Assembly (NCBI RefSeq): GCF_036365525.1
Contig: NC_090399.1
Location: 50,686,430 to 50,750,429, forward strand
Source: Heterodontus francisci
Lineage: Eukaryota
Reading direction: 5' to 3'
DNA length: 64,000 nt
Below, one piece after another: positions 1 to 12,900 of the stretch; positions within the stretch are counted from its first letter, which is position 1, and each line of letters begins with the position of its first letter. The notes beneath the pieces were generated by a model. It ran no database searches. It saw only the letters and a program-made list of their open reading frames with translations, and had not been told where the DNA came from. The translations under genes were made by a program, and so were the position numbers.

Positions 1-174
1 AGACCTCTGAGTAAATATTTGGGGTAGATTGTGCTCATTGATTTTAAATATGTGATTTCTTGACCAGGTTGCTAGTTCAACCCCCACACTAGGATCTCAA
101 ACACAAAATCTAGGCTGACACTTCAGTATGGTGGTAGTGAGGGAGAGCTGCACTGTTGGATGTTTTGTTTTTAA

Positions 175-835
175 TTTTTTCATGGGATGTGGGCATCGCT
201 GACTAGGCCAGCATTTATTGCCCATCCCTAATTGTCCTTGAGAAGGTGATGGTGAGCTGCTTCTTGAACTGCTGCAGGCTATTTGGTGCGGGTACTCTCA
301 CAGTGCTGTTAGGAAGGAAGTTCCAGGATTTTGATCCAACGATAGCGAAGAAACGGCGATATATTTTCAAGTCAGGATGGTGTGTGGCTTGGAGAGGAAC
401 TTGCAGGTGGTGGTGTTCCCATGCATTTGCTGCCCTTGTCCTTGTAGGTGGTAGAGATCACGGGTTTGGAAGGTTCTGTTGAAGGAGCCTGGATGAGCTG
501 CTGCAGTGCATCTTGTAGATGGTACACACTGCTGCCACTGTGCGTTGGTGGTGGAGGGAGTGAATGTTTGTCGATGGGGTGCTGATCAAGCAGGCTGTTT
601 TGTCCTGGATGGTGTCGAGCTTCTTGAGTGTTGTTGGAGCTGCACCCATCCAAGCAAGTGGAGAGTATTCCATCACACTCCTGGCTTGTGCCTTGTAGAT
701 GGTGGACTGGCTTTGGGGAGTCAGGAGGTGAGTTACTTGCTGCAGGATTCCTAGCCTCTGACCGGCTTTTGTAGCCGTGGTATTTATATGGCTACTCCAG
801 TTTCTGGTCAATGTTAACCCCCAGGATGTTGATAG
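175..835 (-). mobile_element. 3' fragment of a CR1-superfamily non-LTR retrotransposon (RT C-terminal region)
   Basis: ORF 458..811 YKAQARSVMEYSPLAWMGAAPTTLKKLDTIQDK; same family at 46565-47060 (-) and 50465-50930 (+). Confidence 0.8.
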
Positions 836-1074
836 TGTTAAGATGCTAAAATAAGGCCACTTCTCCTTGTAAAGTGATGATCCTGTGGCCCTATTTACAG
901 AATCACAGAATTGTTACAGCACAGAAGGAGGTCATTCGGTGTGTCGTGTCTGCGCTGGCTCTCCAAAAGCACAATTTACTTAGTATTCGAAGAGGAACCA
1001 AACCAACATTCATTTCTCAACCAACACTATTAAATCAAATTAACTCTTCATTATTAACAGTAAGTGCTGGAAAT

Positions 1075-1345
1075 ACTCAGCTGCCTCCTCCACACTGGGG
1101 AGACCAAACGCAGATTGGGTGAGCGCTTTGCGGAACACCTCCATTCAGCCCACAGGCGTGACCTTGAGCTTCCAGTTGCCTGTCATTTCAATTCTCCCCC
1201 GTGCTCCCACTCTGACCGTTTTGCCCTCGGCGTCCTGCAGTGTTTCAATGAAGCGTAACACGAATCAAGGAACAGCACCTTATCTTTCAACTGGGCTTCA
1301 ACAGCTTTCTGGACTCAACATTGAGTACAACAATTTTAGACAGTA
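1075..1345 (+). mobile_element. Penelope-like element fragment (GIY-YIG endonuclease region)
   Basis: LLHTGETKRRLGERFAEHL...PVACHFN motif typical of Penelope GIY-YIG endonucleases; related copy on the - strand at about 61350-61590. Confidence 0.75.
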
Positions 1346-1894
1346 GCCATTTGTTTCCTTTTTCTTTGCTGGTTTGTTTTCTCTCTTGCTTCTCCCTTTT
1401 TCCCCTTTTTTTGTGCTTTCAGAGAAAGCTTTTCAGGAGCCTGCTATTCACACCTGTTATACACACACTGTGTACGCCGGATTCAACTTAGGGTCTGTAC
1501 GATGAAGAGAAGCCTGTCTGCTGTAGTAGGGACTCTCTGCCAACAGAGGGCTCCTTGTGTCACACTCAATCCTAGTGAGAGAAGAAGCAATTTATGTGGA
1601 CGTTTACAAATATCCCAATCTTGAAAGCTTTCCCTGTTCTTCATATGGGGACGCATGACTGCTGCTGATATCATACCTGTGAAGGACAAAACTGCTTTCA
1701 CTTCTACTGTGACAGTGCATCCTGTTCCCATATTGGAAATCGTGGTAATGTTCCCAAACTAACCCCACTGTCCCATTCTTGCCCCATTGTCCCGTTTCAG
1801 TTCCAAACTAATTCTACATTCCCAATAGCTCCGTATCAATTACAAATAATCGCACTATTCTGCTCTCACCCATAGTCTTGAATCGATATAAAAC

Positions 1895-2300
1895 TGATCA
1901 TGGGAACAGGAAGAGGCTATTCAACCCCTTGAACCTGTTCCACCATTCCATTTCTGACCTGTCATCTAACTTCATATACCTGCCTTTGACACATATTTCT
2001 TAATACTTCTGGTTAACAAAAATCTACCAATCTCAGATTTAAAATTACCAAGTGACCAAACAGCAGTTCCATTTGCTGAAGACAATTCCAAACTTCTATC
2101 ATCCTTTCGCTCTGGATAGGCCTGCCTTTAATTTTTAACCTTGTTCCCTAGCCCTAGACTCCCCCAAACAGCGGAAATGGTTTCTCTCTATCCACCCTAT
2201 CTGTTCCCCATAATACCCTGAAAACTTCGATCAAATCACCCCTTAACCTTCTGAATTCCAGGGAATACCACCCTAGTTTGTGTAATATCTCCTTATAATT
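1895..2300 (-). mobile_element. Decayed CR1 LINE 3' end
   Basis: Reverse complement resembles the 3' ends of the other CR1 copies in the window (e.g. 6780-7200). Confidence 0.65.
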
Positions 2301-2309
2301 TAATCATTA

Positions 2310-4560
2310 ATCATGACAGGAATAAATAATTGTTGCAGTTCATCCATGCACTCTTTGAATGTTTGCCATTGTCTATCCACCGTCATCCTGTTAAGTAATG
2401 TTTCCCAATCCATCATGGCCAACTCGCGCCTCATACCTTCGTAGTTTCCTTTATTAAGATTCAGGACCCTAGTTTCAGAATCAACTACGTCACTCTCCAT
2501 CTTGATGAAGAATTCTATCATATTTTGGTTGCTCATCCCCAAGGGGTCTCGCACAACTAGATTGTCAGTTATTCCTCTCTCATTACACGATACCCAGTCT
2601 AGGATGGCCTGTTCTCTAGTTGGTTCCTCAACGCATTGATCCAGAAAACCATCCCGTATACACTTCATGAATTCCTCCTCTATGGTGTTGTGACTAATTT
2701 GATTTGTCCAATCTATATGCAGATTAAGGTCACCCATAATTACAGATGTTCCTTTTCCTGTCTCTGATTTCCTGTTTAATGCCATAGCTAACATCACCAC
2801 CACAGTTTGGGGGTCTATATACAATCCCCACTAACGTTTCTTGCCCCCTAAGTGTTTCTCAGCTCTACCCATACAGTTTCCACATCGTCAGAGCTAATAT
2901 CTTTCCTCGCTATTGCGTTAATTTCCTCTTTAACCAGCAATGCAACTCCACCTCCTTTTACTTTTTGTCTGTCCTTCCTAAATACTGAATACCCCTGGAT
3001 GTTCATTTCCCATCCCTGGTCACCTTACAGCCATGTCTCCATAATCCCGACTATATCATACCAGTTTACATCTGTTTACACAATTAATTCATCCACTTTA
3101 TTGCGAATGCTCCGTGTGTTAAGGCACAAAGCCTTAAGGCTTGTCCTTTTAACATTACTTGTCCCCTTCCCACTATTTTCCACTGTGACCCTGTTTGATT
3201 CTGGCCCTTGATTTCTCTGCCTATCACTTTTCTTATTCCCCTTACTGTCTTTTGTTCTTGTCTTTGATCCCCCCTCCTCTGACTCCTTGCAAAGGTTCCC
3301 ATCCCCCTGCCATTTTAGTTTAAACCCTCCCCAACCACTCTAGCAAATACTCCCCCCAGGACATCAGTCCCGGTCCTGCCCAGGTGTAACCCGTCCAATT
3401 TGTACTGGTCCCACCTCCCCCAGAACGTGTCCCGATGTCCCAGGAATCTAAAACCCTCCCCCTCACACCATCTCTTCAGCCACGCATTCATCTGATATAT
3501 CCTGCTATTTCTACTCTGACATGCATGTGGAACTGGTAGTAATCCTGAGATCGCTACCTTTGAGGTCCTACTTTTCAACTTACTTCCTGCCTCCCTATGT
3601 TCTGCTTTTAGGACCTCATCCTTTTTTAAAATCTATGTTGTTTGTACCAATGTGTACCACGACCACTGGCTGTTCACCCTCCCCCTTCAGAATGTCCTGT
3701 AAATGCTCTGAGACATCCTTAACCCTAGCACCAGGGAGGCAACACACTGTCCTGGAGTCTCTTTTGTGGCCACAGAAACGCCTATCTATTCCCCTTACAA
3801 TTGAATCCCCTATAACTATTGCATTCCTCCACTTTTTACTCCTCTCCTGTGCAGCAGAGCCAACCGTGGTGCAACCATTTGGGCTGTTGCTGCTTTCCCC
3901 TGAGAGGCCATTCCCCCAACAGTATCCAAAGCAGTATATCTGTTTTGCAGGGGAATAGGCACAGGAGATTCCTGCACTGCCTGCCTAGTCATCTTGCTCT
4001 GCCTGATGGTCACCCATTCCCTTCCTGCCTGTGGGGTCTGAGCCTGCGGTGTGACCACCTCTCTATAGGTGCTATCCACGCTACTCTCCGCCTCGTGGAT
4101 GCTCCACAGTGTCCCCAGCCGCCTCTCCAGCTCTGAAACCCGGGCTTCCAGGAGCTGCAGCTGGAGACACTTCCTGCACACATGCTGGTCCCGGGCACTG
4201 GAATTGTTCCCGGCTTCCCACATAGAGCACACCATGGCTTTGAGCTCTCCATGACTTAACCCTTTAAATTAAACCTTTTGGAAGATGCTTAATATCAAAT
4301 AATATCAATTACTCTAGGGCCCTTCTTCCCTGGTCCACGTTACTACAGAACTCCTTAAAAAACACTACTTACTATTTATGAAAATAAACTGTAGACCTTT
4401 CTTACCTTAGTTACTAAGCCAGCTATTTAGAGCTCTTCCCTAACAGCAGTTACTCACCAACCAATCGCCTTGCAGCTTTCCTGTGATGTCACTGTTCACT
4501 TTTTTTTTCAAAACTTCGCGCGCCTGGACTGCTCTCACACAGGTCCGACTGCTCTCCGCT
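2310..4560 (-). mobile_element. CR1 LINE 5' half: 5' UTR, ORF1 (Zn-finger/coiled coil plus SGNH esterase) and start of ORF2 (APE endonuclease), frameshifted
   Basis: ORF1 CSMW...CRKCLQLQLLEARVSELE and SGLLPVP...DGLHL (esterase); ORF2 IMGDLNLHIDW, EPTREQAILD, LGMSNQNMIEF. Confidence 0.9.
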
Positions 4561-4574
4561 CCCTTAAAATAGGG

Positions 4575-7200
4575 CATTATAACTGTAGTGAGAAATGACC
4601 TTAGTTCTAAAGATCAAGACATGAAATCAGTTTGGGTGGAACTAAGAAACAGCAAGGGGCAGAAAACATTGGTGAAAGTTGTTTATAGGCCACCATACAG
4701 CAGTGGTAATGTAAATCACATTATAAATCAGGAAATTACAGGTGCATGTAACATGTAATAATACAGTAATCATGGGGGATTTCAATCTACATATAGACTG
4801 GGTAAACTTTATTAGTACTAATGTTATGGAGGACAAATTCTTGGAATGTATGCAAGATGGTTTTCTAGAGCAGTATGCTGAGGAACCAACTGGGGAATGG
4901 GCTATTTTAGATCTAGTATTGTGCAATGAAAAAGGGATCATTAATAATCTTGCTGTAAAGAAGCCTTTAGGAAAGAGTGACCATAATATGATAGAACTTT
5001 ACATTGAATTTGAAAGTGATGTAGTTCAATCAGAAACTAGGGTCTTAAATCAAAGGAAACTATGAAGGTATGAGGGGCGAATTGGCAGTGGTGGATTGGG
5101 AAACTATGTTAAAAGGTATGACAGTAGACAGGCAATGGCTAACATTTAAAGAAATAATACATAGTTTACAACAAAAAGACATTCCTTTAATGCACAAAAA
5201 CCCACCAAGGAAAGTGTTCCAACTGTGGCTAAAAATAAATCAAGGATTGTATTAGAGCAAAGGAAGAGGTGTATAAAGTTGCCCAAAAAAATGGTAAGCC
5301 TGAGGATTGGGAGCATTTCAGAATTCTGCAAAGGAGGACCAAGAAAAAGATTAAGAAAGGGAAAATAAAATATGAGAGTAAACTACCAAGAAGCATAAAA
5401 AATGGACTGTAAAAGCTTCTGTCGGTATGTAAAAAGGAAAATATTAGTAAAGACAAATGTGGGCCCATTACAGGCAGAGTCAGGAAAATTTATAATGGGG
5501 AATAAGAAAATGGCGGAGATCCTAAACAAATACTTTGCGTCTGTCTTCACATAGGAAAATACTAAAAACCTTCCAGAAATAATGCAGAATCAAGGGACTA
5601 GTGTAAACAAGGAACTGCAAGGTTATTCGTAAAAACAAAAGTACTAGAAAAATTAATGCAGTTTAAAGTAAATAAATCCCCTGAACATGATGACCTACAT
5701 CCCAGAATGTTGAAAGAGGTGACTGTTGAGATCGTAGAGGCATTGACGGTCAGCTTTCAAAATTCTGTAGACTCTGGAATGGTGCCTGCAGATTGAAAGA
5801 TAGCGAATGTAGCCCCACTATTTAAGAAAGGAGGGAGAGAGAAAACAGGGAACTACAGACCTGTTAGTCTAACGTTAGTTGTAGGGAAAATGCTAGAATC
5901 TATTCTAAAGGACGTGCTAACAGGACACTTCAAAAATAATGGTAGGATTGGGGAGCGTCAACATGGATTTATGAAAGGGAAATCGTGTTTGACAAACCTG
6001 TTGGAGTTTTTTGAGGATGTAACTAGCAAAGTAGATAAGGAGGAATCGCTGGATGTGGTATATTTGGATTTTCAGAAAGCTTTTGAAAAGGTCCCACACA
6101 AGAGGTTAGTAAACAAAATTAAAGCACATGGGATTGGGGGGAATATACTGGCATTGAGAAGGATTGAGAACTGGTTAACAGACGGAAAGTAGAGAGTAGG
6201 AATAAACGGGTCATTTTCAGATTGGCAGGCTGTGACTAGTGGGGAACCGCAAGAATCAGTGCTTGGGCCACAGCTATTCACAGTCTATTTCAATGATTTG
6301 AATGTGGGGATCAAATGTAGATGACAGAAAGCTAGGTGGAGGTGTGAGTTGTAAGGAGGATGCAAAGACGTTTCAAGGGGATTTGAAGAGGGCAAGCGAG
6401 ATGGGAAAAAATTGGCAGCTGGAATACAATGTGGAGAAATGTGAGGTTATCCACTTTGGTCGGAAAAGCAGAAATAGAGTATTTCTTAAATGGTGAAGTG
6501 TTGAATTTCAATGGGACTTAGGTGGCCTTGTTCATGAGTCACAGCAAGCAATTAAGAAGGCAAATGTTATGTTGACCTTCATTACAAAGGGATTTGAGTA
6601 TCAGAGTAAAGATGCCTTACTGCAATTATATAGAGCCTTGGTGAGACTGCACCTGGAGTATTGTGTACAGTTTTGGTCGTCTTATCTATTGAAAGATATA
6701 CTAACCATAGAGGGAGTGCCACAAAGATTCACTAAGTTAATTCCCAGAATGGAGGGATTGTCCTTTGACGAAAGATTAAATAGACTGGGCTTTTATTCTC
6801 TGGCGTTTAGAAGAATGAGAGATAATCTCATTCAAACATACAAAATTCTTACAGGGCTCAACAGGGTTGATGCAGGAAGGATGTTTCCCCTGGCTGGAGA
6901 GTCCAGAACCAGGGGACATAGTCTCAAAATAAGGGACAGAACATTTAGGACTGAGATGAGGAGGAATATCTTCACTCAGAGGATGGTGAATCTTTGTAAT
7001 TCTCTGTCCCAGAGGGCTGTGGAGGCTGACGTTGAGTATGTTCAAGACTGAGATCGATAGATTTCTACATATTAAAAACATCAAGGGTTACATGGGTAGT
7101 GCAGAAAATTGGTGTTAAAGTAGATAATCAGCCATGATAATTGAATGGCAGAGCGGGCTTGAAGGGCTGAATGGCCTACTGCTGCTCCTGTTTCTTATGT
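4575..7200 (+). mobile_element. 5'-truncated CR1 LINE ORF2 (endonuclease-RT) to 3' end, many frameshifts and stops
   Basis: [53 protein letters not shown] and RTRGHSLK motifs in successive ORFs. Confidence 0.93.
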
Positions 7201-7204
7201 TGCT

Positions 7205-9100
7205 TGACTGGGAGTCACTGTAAGTCAGTGAGCACAGGGGTGATGATTGAATGGGACTTGGTGTGAGTTAAGATATGGGCAGCAGAGTTTTTGATGGCCT
7301 CAAGTTTATGGAGGGTATAATGTGAGAGATCAGCCAGAAGTGCATTAGAATAGTGAAGTCATGAGGTAATGAGACATGAATAAGGGTTTCAGCAGCAGAG
7401 GAGCTGAGACGCGTGAAGTTGGATGATGTTACAGAGGTGGAAATAGGCAGTCTTAGTTATGTCAGCCGTGACTCAGTTGGTATCATTTTCACCTCTGAGT
7501 CATAAGGTTGTGGGTTTAAGTGCCACTCCAGGACTTGAGCATAAAAATCAAGGCTGACATTCCAGTGCATTACTGAGTGAGTGCTGCACTGTTGAAGGTG
7601 CTGTCTTTCGGATGAGATGTTAGATGGAGGCCCCATCTACCTGCTCAGGTGGATATAAAAGATCCCATGGCACTATTTTGAAGAAAAGCAGGGGAGTTAT
7701 ACCTGATGTTGTGACCAATATTTATTCCTCAATCAACATTACAAAAAACAGAGTTATTATCACATTGCTGTTTGTGAGTATTTGCTGTGTGTAAACTGCC
7801 TGCCACATTTTCTACATTACAGTGACTACACTTCAAAAGTACTCCATTGGATGTAAAGGGCTTTGAGGTATCCAGAGGTTGTGAAAAGAGCTATATAGAT
7901 GCAAATCTTTCTTTTTTTATGGCATGAGGTCAGAAGCTTATCTCAGAGTCAACTTTGACCCCAAGGTTGTGAACAGACTGGTTTAATCAGGGAAAGGGAG
8001 GGAGTCGGGAGCTAGGGAGCTTCCTAATATTAAATTGGAGGAAATTTCTGTTTATCCAGTACTGGATGTCAGATAAGCAGTCTTATAATTTAGCAACAGT
8101 GGAGGAGTCGAGAGAGATGGTGGTGAGGTAGAGCTGGGTGCCGTCAGCGGCCTTGTGAAAACTAATGCTGCACTTTCGGATGATGTCACCAAGGTGCAGT
8201 ATGTAGATGAGAAACAGGAGGGGTCAAGGATAGATCTTTGGACACCAGTAGTAATTATACAGGAGTGGGAAGAGGAGCCATTGCAAGTGATACTCTGGCT
8301 ACGATTAAATAGATAAGAATGGAAGCAGGTGAGAGCATTCTCACCCAGTTGAACGACAGTGGAGAGGTATTGAAGGGGGATGGTGTGGTCAACTGTGTCA
8401 AAGGCTGCAGACAGGTCGAGAAGGAAAAGGTGGGATAGTTTGCCATTGTCACAGTCACATTGGATATCATTAGTAACTTTGACAAGAGTCATTTTGGTAA
8501 TGTGCAGGGACGGAAACCTAATTGGAGGGATTCAAACATGGACTTCTGGGAAAGATGAGTACGCATTTGGAAGGCGACACCTCATTCAAGGACTTTGGAG
8601 AAGAAAGGGAGGTTGGAGATGGGATGCTGGTTTGCAAGAACGATGGTTTATTTTGAGGGGAGGGGTGATGATGGCTGATTTCAAAAAGAGAGAGGAACAA
8701 CACCTGAAGAGAGAGAACCGTTTACAATATCGGCTAACGTGGGGACCAGGAGGGGAAGGTAGGTGATCAGTAGTTTGGTGGGAATAAGATCAAGGGAACA
8801 GGAGGGGGAGTCTCTTGGACAAGATGAGCTCAGAGAGGGATTGAGGGGAGATAGGAGAGAAACTAGAGAAAGTTCAGGGATAGGGCAGTGGGGAGCATGA
8901 TGGGAAGTTTGGCCAGGTCGGCCAATGAAAGAGAGAGTCATAGCAGAGCAGCTGATTGGTTGGTCTCAATCTCAGGAACAAAGAAGTCCATAGCTCGTCA
9001 CACTTGTTGTTGGAGATGAGGGTGGAGGAGACGGGGGAGAGCGGTTTAAGAATCTCGGGGTTATCTTTGCATTTCATAATGATCCTTTTAAGTCCGTGTC
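7205..9100 (-). mobile_element. Decayed L2-type LINE (RT region)
   Basis: ORF 8052..8492 LVKVTND...LLDLSAAFDTVDH and SCSLDLIPTKLL (8681..8941) are L2-like; interrupted by a SINE at about 7462-7915. Confidence 0.8.
7462..7915 (+). mobile_element. tRNA-derived DeuSINE-like SINE (SacSINE1/AmnSINE1-type core)
   Basis: tRNA-like head GACTCAGTTGG...GGTTTAAG, central GGTGCTGTCTTTCGGATGAGATGTTA resembling the Deu-domain as I recall it, and an L2-like tail. A fragment of the same family lies at about 60-160. Confidence 0.65.
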
Positions 9101-9972
9101 CTGTGGTCTTAAGGGAGCAGTGTTGAGGTCTGCACCGGGGGAACAGCCAGCACCGTTATTGTACTGGACCTCCTATTACAGAGAGAATAGCATAGACAGA
9201 CGGAGAAACACATGGAGAAAGAGAGACTGAGGGGAGAAACATGGTTGGAGTATGTACTTAGAGCTGCTCAATTTTTCTTCCATTTAGGACAGTAGAAAAA
9301 ATATTGAGTGGAGGTTTAATGGAAGGATGAGCCGATACCACCTGTTTAGCCTCCCTCTGAGACAGAGACAAAGGCAATGAGGGGACAACACACAAGGATG
9401 CAGAAAGGACAAGAAACAGAAAAGCAAAACAATTATAAAATAAAATAAAAATAACAGTACCAGAAAATAGAAAATGATTTTAAAAAGGAATAAGTGGGAG
9501 AAGGAATAAGACTCTTAAAAAAAAAAGTGAGAAAAGCAGAATAGAAAGATCGAGAAATAGAAGAGGAGTGAATGAAGGGGATTGATTCTGGTAAACAGGG
9601 ACGGTTTGACTGGAAATCCCCTCAGTTCTGTACTGCTCAAATCAGAATGACTCATTCACTTTGCAACTCTTTCACTTTCGGGTTGGCACAGGGTGCGGTA
9701 GCAGAGGCCTCAACCCATTGAGACACGTTCACCAGAAACACACATTTACAACGCATTCCATTGTACGTACTCATCTGCATTTTTCAGTTAGTCTGCAGCG
9801 TTTCCCTGGCTGGTTCACAGTCCTGAAATCTGTGCTCGATCTTTATCTTGGGCTGTAACCGAAGTCAAAGGAAGCAGGAGAGCAGGGAGTGCTCGCTCCT
9901 TTTCAACTGCAAATCACCAACTGAAATCCAGCCAACTTTATGATGAAACAGTCACAGGCAGTGTCATTATAA

Positions 9973-12900
9973 ACCACACAACTCACGCCACCCGATCCCA
10001 CTGAAAACCCACAACTCAAAACACCCGATCCCACCGACAATCCCCAACTCAAAACACCCGATCCCACCGACAATCCCCAACTCACACCACCCGATCCCAC
10101 TGACAATCCCCAACTCAAAACACCCGATCCCACTGACAATCCCCAACTCAAAACACCCGATCCCACCGACAATCCCCAACTCACACCACCCGATCCCACT
10201 GACAATCCCCAACTCAAAACACCCGATCCCACTGACAATCCCCAACTCACACCACCCGATCCCACTGACAATCCTCAACTCACACCACCCGATCCCACTG
10301 ACAATCCCCAACTCACACCACCCGATCCCACTGACAATCCCCAACTCACACCACCCGATCCCACTGACAATCCCCAACTCAAAACACCCGATCCCACTGA
10401 CAATCCTCAACTCACACCACCCGATCCCACTGACAATCCCCAACTCACACCACCCGATCCCACTGACAATCCCCAACTCAAAACACCCGATCCCACTGAC
10501 AATCCTCAACTCACACCACCCGATCCCACTGACAATCCCCAACTCACACCACCCGATCCCACTGACAATCCCCAACTCAAAACACCCGATCCCACTGACA
10601 ATCCCCAGCTCACACCACCCGATCCCACTGACAATCCCCAACTCACACCACCCGATCCCACTGACAATCCCCAACTCACACCACCCGATCCCACTGACAA
10701 TCCCCAACTCAAAACACCCGATCCCACTGACAATCCCCAACTCACACCACCCGATCCCACTGACAATCCTCAACTCACACCACCCGATCCCACTGACAAT
10801 CCCCAACTCACACCACCCGATCCCACTGACAATCCCCAACTCACACCACCCGATCCCACTGACAATCCCCAACTCAAAACACCCGATCCCACTGACAATC
10901 CCCAACTCACACCACCCGATCACACTGACAATCCCCAACTCAAAACACCCGATCCCACTGACAATCCTCAACTCACACCACCCGATCCCACTGACAATCC
11001 CCAACTCAAAACACCCGATCCCACTGACAATCCTCAACTCACACCACCCGATCCCACTGACAATTCCCAACTCACACCACACGATCCCACTGACAGTTCC
11101 CAACTCACACCACCCGATCCCACTGACAATCCTCAACTCAAAACACCCGATCCCACTGACAATCACCAACTCAAAACACCCGATCCCACTGACAATCACC
11201 AACTCACACCACCCGATCCCACTGACAATCCCCAACTCAAAACACCCGATCCCACTAACAATTCCCAACTCACACCACCCGATCCCACTGACAATCCCCA
11301 ACTCAAAACACCCGATCCCACTGACAATCCCCAACTCACACCACCCGATCCCACTGACAATCCTCAACTCACACCACCCGATCCCACTGACAATTCCCAA
11401 CTCACACCACACGATCCCACTGACAGTTCCCAACTCACACCACCCGATCCCACTGACAATCACCAACTCAAAACACCCGATCCCACTGACAATCACCAAC
11501 TCACACCACCCGATCCCACTGACAATCCCCAACTCAAAACACCCGATCCCACTGACAATTCCCAACTCACACCACCCGATCCCACTGACAATTCCCAACT
11601 CACACCACCCGATCCCACTGACAATCCCCAACTCAAAACACCCGATCCCACTGACAATCACCAACTCAAAACACCCGATCCCACTGACAATCACCAACTC
11701 ACACCACCCGATCCCACTGACAATCCCCAACTCAAAACACCCGATCCCACTGACAATTCCCAACTCACACCACCCGATCCCACTGACAATTCCCAACTCA
11801 CACCACCCGATCCCACTGACAATCCCCAACTCAAAACACCCGATCCCACTGACAATGCCCAACTCACACTACCCGATCCCACTGACAATCCCCAACACAC
11901 ATCACCCGATCCCACTGACAATCTCAAACACACACCACCCGATCCCACTGACAATCTCAAACACACACCACCCGATCCCACTGACAATGCCCAACTCACA
12001 CCGCCCGATCCCACTGACAATCTCCAACTCACACCACCCGATCCCACTGACAATCTCAAACACACACCACCCGATCCCACTGACAATCTCAAACACACAC
12101 CGCCCGATCCCACTGACAATCTCAAACACACACCACCCGATCCCACTGACAATCTCAAACACACACCACCCGATCCCACTGACAATCTCAAACACACACC
12201 ACCCGATCCCACTGACAATCCCCAAGTCACACCACCCGATCCCACTGACAATCTCAAACACACACCACCCGATCCCACTGACAATGCCCAACTCACACCG
12301 CCCGATCACACTGACAATCCCCAACTCACACCACCCGATCCCACTGACAATCTCCAACTCGCACCACCCGATCCCACTGACAATCTCAAACACACACCAC
12401 CCGATCCCACTGACAATCTCAAACACACACCGCCCGATCCCACTGACAATCTCAAACACACACCACCCGATCCCACTGACAATCTCAAACACACACCACC
12501 CGATCCCACTGACAATCCCCAACTCACACCACCCGATCCCACTGACAATCTCCAACTCACACCACCCGATCCCACTGACAATCTCAAACACACACCGCCC
12601 GATCCCACTGACAATCTCAAACACACACCACCCGATCCCACTGACAATCCCCAACTCACACCACCCGATCCCACTGACAATCTCAAACACACACCACCCG
12701 ATCCCACTGACAATCCCCAACTCACACCACCCGATCACACTGACAATCCCCAACTGACACCACCCGATCCCACTGACAATCCCCAACTCACACCACCCGA
12801 TCCCACTGACAATCTCAAACACACACCACCCGATCCCACTGACAATCTCAAACACACACCACCCGATCCCACTGACAATCCCCAACTCACACCACCCGAT

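Noticed and set aside
1457-1731. Minus-strand coding exon(s)
   Set aside because: Acceptor-like tracts exist, but the frames stop early, no partner donor or upstream exon was found and I recognise no homology.
2310-7200. A single CR1 with a twin-primed 5' inversion
   Set aside because: The geometry fits, but the endonuclease region present in both halves differs substantially (e.g. WETLLNRMTVDRQWQTF vs WETMLKGMTVDRQWLTF), indicating two independent insertions.
9968-9979. 12-bp match TATAAACCACAC between the start of the 33-bp array and the reverse complement of the 44-bp satellite
   Set aside because: Too short to distinguish from chance.
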